Positions 57,671 through 64,000 of a stretch of 64,000 nt of DNA are shown piece by piece (within the stretch, counting starts at the first letter, position 1; each line of letters starts with the position of its first letter). Made by a program: the position numbers and the translations under genes. Below the pieces are notes generated by a model. That model was not told where the DNA came from. It searched no databases and saw only the letters and a program-made list of their open reading frames with translations. This DNA is from Octopus vulgaris (Eukaryota), in the NCBI GenBank assembly GCA_951406725.2, contig OX597828.1:71796001-71860000 (forward strand), read 5' to 3'.

Positions 57671-58287
57671 GTAATGGGTGGGATGGACCTTAGTGACAAT
57701 GTTAGTGGTTGTGCTACCAGTGTCGGTGGTATTGGCGGTAGTTATAGAGTGGTTATGCAACGGCGGTGGTGGGAGATAAAGTATAGAAGCGTCGTTTGAT
57801 TAGTCATACGCTGGTGAAAGGAAGAGAGAAACAGATCGATCGCTAGAATATTTATCAGCCTCTTGCCAACCGGAAGTCGAGCACAAAAAATGTTAATCAG
57901 CCGCACTTATATATAAAAGACAATTCGTTAAAGAAATTTTCCCTTCGAGTATTTATTAGATCACACCTCGGAGTTTTCGCCTCCTCCGTTTGTGATAGAA
58001 CGATGTTTGGTTTGTATCTTACAGCCAGACTTGTCCTGACCCGACTGTTATCTGTTTACTATTGAGGCAGCGTGTTTAAACAGTCTTTTTGGCCGACTCT
58101 GATGAGTATGGTACCATGTGGAACATTGGGCCGATTGTCGGGAGACATTTTATGAAATCTTTTCTACGTGTTTAATATTATACATTGTGCTCTCTCCTGT
58201 ATATTTGCATGTAAAACCTCATACACGCAAATGTATATGTGTATATGTATACACACACACACACACACACACACACATATGTATATA

Positions 58288-58400
58288 CAGGGTACGATGG
58301 GTAAATTGTCGCCATTTTATTATTTAAATTTCGCGCATGCGCATTGTTTGTTTTGGATTTTGTCTACTACACAGTAAAGTAGGGTCAGTTGGGCACCGTC
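58288..58400 (+). mobile_element. Possible Tc1/mariner left end
   Basis: TA-cagggtacgatgggtaaattgtcgcc terminus-like sequence with a palindromic gcgcatgcgc; no partner TIR found. Confidence 0.3.
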
Positions 58401-58557
58401 TGTTTTGGCTTATCAGCCCTCACAGTTTGTTTTTACTGTCTTGTTCTCACAGTCCTGATTTTGTTACCACTTTCACCCTCTGCAAAAAAATCCCAAATTT
58501 TATTTAATTTGCTTTGCGGGAAGGACTGTTTCAACGAAGTCGAATATTGTCCTCATC

Positions 58558-58830
58558 TTCGAAACGCGGAGTCGATGAAACAGGAGACAACCGACGAAGG
58601 GGAATGTTCTTTATGTTGCCAGTCTCGTTTCTCTTTTTTTTTTCGTTGTTCGAAAAAAGTTCGTTTACTATGTTTTTGTTTTTGTTTTCGTTTCTCATTG
58701 TGTCTACGTTTTTTTATGTCCTATAACCATATTTCCATGTATATATACATATATATGTAGGTATGTACATATATGTATGTATACATGGATATATTTATAT
58801 ATTATTTATATTATATGATCGAACGCCACG
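58558..58830 (+). mobile_element. pLTR-like repeat, copy 2
   Basis: See 45188-45480. Confidence 0.7.
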
Positions 58831-58854
58831 CATCCTTTTCCTAGTAAGTTTTAT

Positions 58855-58914
<60 letters not shown>

Positions 58915-59504
58915 TTAGGCAGTAGTTCAGTAATGTCACACCAAAATTGAAAATAATAAGAGTCACTAAAAATAACAGAGAGTGTTTGAGACATGTACAA
59001 TGCTAGAAATAAGAGCTAAAGTGTTCTGCTGCTGCAGTCAACGCACATAGTTGTACACATACATAGTGACAGCGACCGGAATCGGCAGTCCTGATATCCC
59101 TGTGCTGTCAACAGTTTCGGCTTCAAGACTGAAGCCGCTTCAGTTGGATCGGCATCACTCGCCAGATTCCGGATAAGATCGCCACCCGTATATATGTCTA
59201 CTCCATAGAAATGCGTGGATGATTTAGCGAATCGCTAATGTGTATGCTAATGATTAAATTAGGCAGCAGTTTAGCAATGTAACACCTGAAGGGAAAATTA
59301 TGTCAGTAAGCAATTATGTGCGTTGACTGCTTCATCAGAGCTGTGTAGCTCTGATTTCTAGCATTGCAGGTGTTTCTGACAGCCTCTGACATTTTTAATG
59401 ATTATCATATTATTCCTTTCTGGTTTTACATATATAGATGTGTATGTATGTATGTATGTATGTATGTATGTATGTATGTATGTATGTATGTATGTATGTA
59501 TGTG

Positions 59505-59543
<39 letters not shown>

Positions 59544-59590
59544 CGCATCAACGAGTGATAAAGGAAAATAGAATATTCAATAAAGGAAGG

Positions 59591-59644
59591 CAACCGGTCT
59601 GAGGATTCGCTGCTTTAGCGAAGAAACTGTTTCAGTCATCGTTG
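59591..59644 (+). ncRNA. Type I hammerhead ribozyme
   Basis: cggt CTGAGGA ttcgct-gcttt-agcgaa GAAA ctg-ttt-cag TC atcg; three stems, GUC site ending at 59637; U-A rather than G-C at 10.1-11.1. Confidence 0.82.
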
Positions 59645-59725
59645 GGCCTTGAATCTTTGTATAGTACACTATATATGCATATGTATATATCTATATTTGT
59701 ATATATATCTATATCTATGTTATTG

Positions 59726-59773
<48 letters not shown>

Positions 59774-60306
59774 TACATATATATACAGTTCCGTGTGCTG
59801 TTTAAAAGTGGAACACTGACAGGTTGTTGCTGTGCTGTGTCAATCGATACAAGGGTTCAAATTCTAATAGTTTTTTTTTTTAATATTATCTCGTTCAATT
59901 CCGGCACCAGAAATAACTGCTATTACCTAAATTTCTAGTCTACTACTAAACATCACCACCTAATACTCCACTACTGCCGCCATCACCACCGGCGCCACTA
60001 CCACTGCTACTGCTACTACTATTTCTACTACTACTTCTGCTGCTGCTACTACTATTGTAATCCTCACCACCACCAGCATAACCACCACCACCACCACCAC
60101 CACCACCCGCCGTCACCGCCACTCCAACAACGGCGATGCAAACCACCATCACCGCCACCTCCACAATCAACGTCACCACCACCTTCATCACTTTCACAAC
60201 CAACGCCAATTCCACCACCACCACCTACACCACCACCTATTACCGCCACACTGTCATCGTCATCATCATGAACGCCCCCCCCCCCGACAACCAACAGAAC
60301 AACCTT

Positions 60307-61240
60307 TTAACAAGTTCCTTAAAATATTGGGCACAAAAGATTACAACATAAATATACATTCTCAAGAACATGTTAAAGGTAGTTTCCAGAAGGAATTATT
60401 AAAAAGTTCAGTGGGATATTGGTACTGTATCTATATTCAAACACGCACAGAATATTGGTTGTCACAGACTACTATATATACATTCTTTGGTGACAAGAGC
60501 ATGCTAAGAACATAAAAAAGTTTAACAAGTTCATTGAAATATTGGGCACAAAAGATTACAACAAATATATACATTCTCAAGATAATTTCCAGAAGGAATT
60601 ATTAAAAAGTTCAGTGGAATATTGGTATACACGCACAAGGCGGCGAGCTGGCAGAAATGTTAGCACGCCGGGCGAAATGCGTAGCTGTATTTCGTCTGTC
60701 GTTACGTTGTGAGTTCAAATTCCGCCGAGGTCGACTTTGCCTTTCATCCTTTCGGGGTCGATAAATTAAGTACCAGTTACGCACTGGGGTCGATGTAATC
60801 AACTTGATACCTATGTTTGTCCTTGTTTGTCCCCTCTATGTTTAACCCCTTGTGGGTAATAAAGAAATAGGTATACACGCACAGAATATTATGAGTTCAA
60901 AAAGGTTTACATTATAATAGTAGGGAAGCTAAAACTGACCTGTCCACCATGTTAACATAAAAGAATATTATCTATTTCAAGGGACACTGTAGGTGTGTTT
61001 GGGTGGGGGGAAGGAGGCGTAATGTGGAACTGAAAAGAATTTCTCCTTTATCCCACTGAACTTTTTAATAATTCCTTCTGGAAACTATCTTTAACATATT
61101 CTTGAGAATGTATATTTATGTTGTAATCTTTTGTGCCCAAAATTTTTAGGAACTTGTTAAACTTTTTTATGTCTTTAACATGTCCTTGTTACCAAAGACT
61201 GTTTATATGTAATGTAGCATTTTGTAACAACCAATAATTA
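60307..61240. repeat. ~215-bp unit in tandem (60307-60630) plus an inverted copy (61049-61240)
   Basis: ttgggcacaaaagattacaac...tttccagaaggaattattaaaaagttcagtgg occurs twice forward and once reverse-complemented. Confidence 0.88.
60638..60869 (+). mobile_element. SINE family B, full length, perfect 14-bp target-site duplication
   Basis: GGTATACACGCACA at 60624-60637 and 60870-60883; AATAAAGAAATA 3' end. Confidence 0.95.
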
Positions 61241-61345
61241 ACGCAACCAAACTTTTACATGTTACTTTTGATAATCTTTTTCCAAAGAGTGAAACCGGTA
61301 AAGTAAATAAACATCTTTTAAAATTGCATTTTCAAACCTTCTTTC

Positions 61346-61395
<50 letters not shown>

Positions 61396-61399
<4 letters not shown>

Positions 61400-61765
61400 A
61401 AACAAGTCAAAAATAGAGAATGCTAAAATAATTTTATAGTGAACATTTCAGTACCGGTTTCGGTCATTTTGAGACCTTTTCAACTGTAACGATTAAATAA
61501 TTAAATTTAGAAAAATTAGAAGAAAAGTTTTTTTAAAGGAATATTTCTATATTAAGTGCAAACAAGGGAGTCAGAGAAAGGCAGAATGCCACTCATATCT
61601 GAACACTACTATAGAAATATTCCTTTAAAAAAACTTTTCTTCTAATTTTTCTAAATTTAATTATTTAATCGTTACAGTTGAAAAGGTCTCAAAATGACCG
61701 AAACCGGTACTGAAATGTTCACTATAAAATTATTTTAGCATTCTCTATTTTTGACTTGTTTTTTC
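61396..61765. repeat. Perfect 156-bp inverted repeat with 58-bp spacer in (TA)n; each arm has a hammerhead
   Basis: 61396-61551 is the reverse complement of 61610-61765; no mismatch seen. Confidence 0.93.
61675..61712 (+). ncRNA. Minimal hammerhead, U3-A8 core variant (mirror copy on - at 61449-61486)
   Basis: cag TTGAAAA ggtc-tcaaaat-gacc GAAA ccgg TA ctg. Confidence 0.7.
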
Positions 61766-61801
61766 ATATATATCAACTCGTGTGTTCCTTTTCACCCTTA
61801 T

Positions 61802-61873
<72 letters not shown>

Positions 61874-61937
61874 TTAGCAGAATGAGATTAAAAAAACCCA
61901 AGCGTGTGAAAGCTTTCAGAGCATTTGTGAAAAGAAG

Positions 61938-61985
61938 GTCTTACAGCTGTTTCCGGGATATTTTATATATCCCTTCATCAGAGAC
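61938..61985 (-). ncRNA. Type I hammerhead motif in a pLTR-like segment (~61871-62215)
   Basis: Minus strand: gtct CTGATGA a gggatat-ataaa-atatccc g GAAA cagctg TA agac. Confidence 0.72.
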
Positions 61986-62239
61986 AATGCGAGAAAATGG
62001 TTAAGCAATAGTTATTCTAGAGAAGATATGAAATAGAGAGTGAAGTGGTGGAAGGAAAACAGACGTGAGATATGTAAGGCTATTGTATCTGCAGTTCCAT
62101 TATTTAAGCAGAATGGAGTGGTGTATATATAAATTTCCTGTACCTTGCGTGTGTGTTCCAATGGTATTTATAATTGACCATTCCAAGCATGGAGTATTGT
62201 AAACGGTGTTATATATATATACCATTCTGCTTAAATAAT

Positions 62240-62365
62240 GGAGCAAGCCGTGTCACATTCTGTGTCATGGCGAATCTCCTTGAGAACTACGTTAAGGGTA
62301 CGCGTGTTTGTGGAGTACTCAGCCACTTTCACATTAATTTCACGAGGTGGCTGTTCTGTTAATCG
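62240..62365 (+). mobile_element. SINE family C 3' part
   Basis: gtcacattctgtgtca...gagaactacgttaagggtacgcgtg...gctgttc matches 10190-10305. Confidence 0.75.
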
Positions 62366-62694
62366 ATTTTTTCTTCTTCCTGCAGGATGTCCGACGAAAC
62401 CATCTTCCTACACGGGCAGACTCGATAGGGGTTGCCGGTTTAGTCACCGATGACCCGACAATGCGACAGGTTGTATGGGATTACATATAGACATGCATAC
62501 ATACATACATACATACATATATACATACATGCATACATACATACATACATACATACATACATACATACATACATACACACGTACGTACATACATACATAC
62601 ATACATACATACATACATACATACATACATACATACATACATGCATACATACATACATACATATACACACACATATGAGTACGTGTGTGTTAGT

Positions 62695-62880
62695 CCTTCT
62701 CATTGCTTAACAAATGGCATTGATTTATTTAGATCTCCGTGACCTAGCGGTTCGACATGAAGAATGAAACTGATAGAATAAGTACCGCACTAAGAAATTA
62801 GTACAGGTGCCGATTCGACTAGACTCATCAAGGTAGTTCCCCAGCAGGGCTACCATCAACCAAGACAGACACACATGAAA
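62695..62880 (+). mobile_element. SINE family A 3' part, old
   Basis: tagcggttcg...gatagaataagtac...gattcgacta. Confidence 0.55.
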
Positions 62881-63699
62881 GAAGAAGAGAAGAAAAGAGG
62901 AAAAGATTTTCGTTGCCATCAAAATCACTCTTTCGTGTTTGTCATTAGAAAGCAGCTCAAACCAAAAACCGTCAATGACGTCAGACAGTTTTAAAAGACG
63001 ATAGAAAATTGTTTAGCGGAGTTCAGTGAATATAGAACAACATAGAAAAGCAGCGAAGGGAATTTGGCGGTTAAAAACGAATAGAACAAAGAAAACACAT
63101 TTAGAACTGAAGAAAATAGCAAATAGCAAATCTATTTTGAAGGTGAATAGCTTGAAAGTAAGTTATGGTGGAAGTGAAAAAATGTTAATAAGGACGTCTG
63201 AATGACACAAATAGCGTTTGTGCAAATTTCTGTGAAGTCTCTCAACAAACATGGCCGCCATGTTAATTCCCTGTTGATCTTAGGAGGAGTTAGAAGCTGT
63301 GGGATGAACAGGGTCAGAGGAAAGTGCTGTCAACAGTGAGATAATGTCTTGAAAAGCCACTTGAGATTAAGAAAGCGAGAGATTTAATAAGAGAAAGCTG
63401 ATGAACGATAAATGATGAATGATGGCAAATACAACGTGACTTAATCTTTTCTCAGAAGGAGTTGGATTAGAAAGTTGTAGAAGAGTGTTGGAATGTGAGA
63501 TGAATGGAATGAATAAATGAAGAGAATGACGGAATGGAAGTAATTAGCAGAAGTGAAATATTCATTGAGGGTCATGGCTGGAATAAAAGTACGGTAGATT
63601 AAGGAGAATATATAGTGAAGAACTCTATAGGGACAAAGGCATTGAAAAAATGACTAAAATAATTTAGATAATGAATATCAGAATGAATGGAATAAACAG

Positions 63700-63835
63700 G
63701 AAAAAAGCATACAGAATATGAGAATAGGAAGGTAGGAAGTGGACAGAATATAAGAATGGATAGAATAGGAAGGTAGGAAGTGGACGGAATACACGAATGG
63801 ATAGAATAGGAAAGTAGGAAGTGGACGGAATATGA
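63700..63835. repeat. ~41-bp minisatellite, about 3 copies
   Basis: gaataggaaggtaggaagtggac(a/g)gaata units. Confidence 0.9.
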
Positions 63836-64000
63836 AGATGAACTACAGCGCAATATCTGGAGAAGAAAATTGTGATAATAAGAATTAGGAATACGTATTC
63901 GAACGGATTAGGTGACGATTAAAACTTTCATAGATCCATAGTGGTTATTCATATGGTTGCCACACGGTTAGATCACGTGACTGTCACGTGACATTCACGT

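Overview
Eukaryotic, AT-rich, very microsatellite-dense DNA. The tRNA-derived SINE families and repeat landscape look like an octopus (coleoid cephalopod) intron or intergenic region; this assignment is an inference. I recognise no intact host protein-coding gene. Nearly all listed ORFs are translations of (TA)n, (CA)n, (TATG)n, (TATC)n, (TAA)n or (CCA)n tracts. The real content is transposon-derived: three SINE families; a 5'-truncated L1/Tx1 LINE inside (TATC)n; RLE-type (R4/Dong-like) LINE fragments at (TAA)n; RTE fragments; mariner elements and MITEs; a Helentron-type non-autonomous element; and a Penelope-like element (GIY-YIG end plus terminal repeat). The most striking unannotated signal is about 15 type I hammerhead-ribozyme-like motifs on both strands, mostly next to (TA)n tracts. 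They include compensatory core variants (U3-A8 and G3-C8), a pair inside a perfect 156-bp inverted repeat, and one at the 3' end of a tRNA-headed SINE-like element (candidate Pol III-driven, Penelope-mobilised ribozyme SINE). A few weak candidate exons and two hairpins are also noted. All folds and alignments were done by eye and no ribozyme activity is demonstrated.
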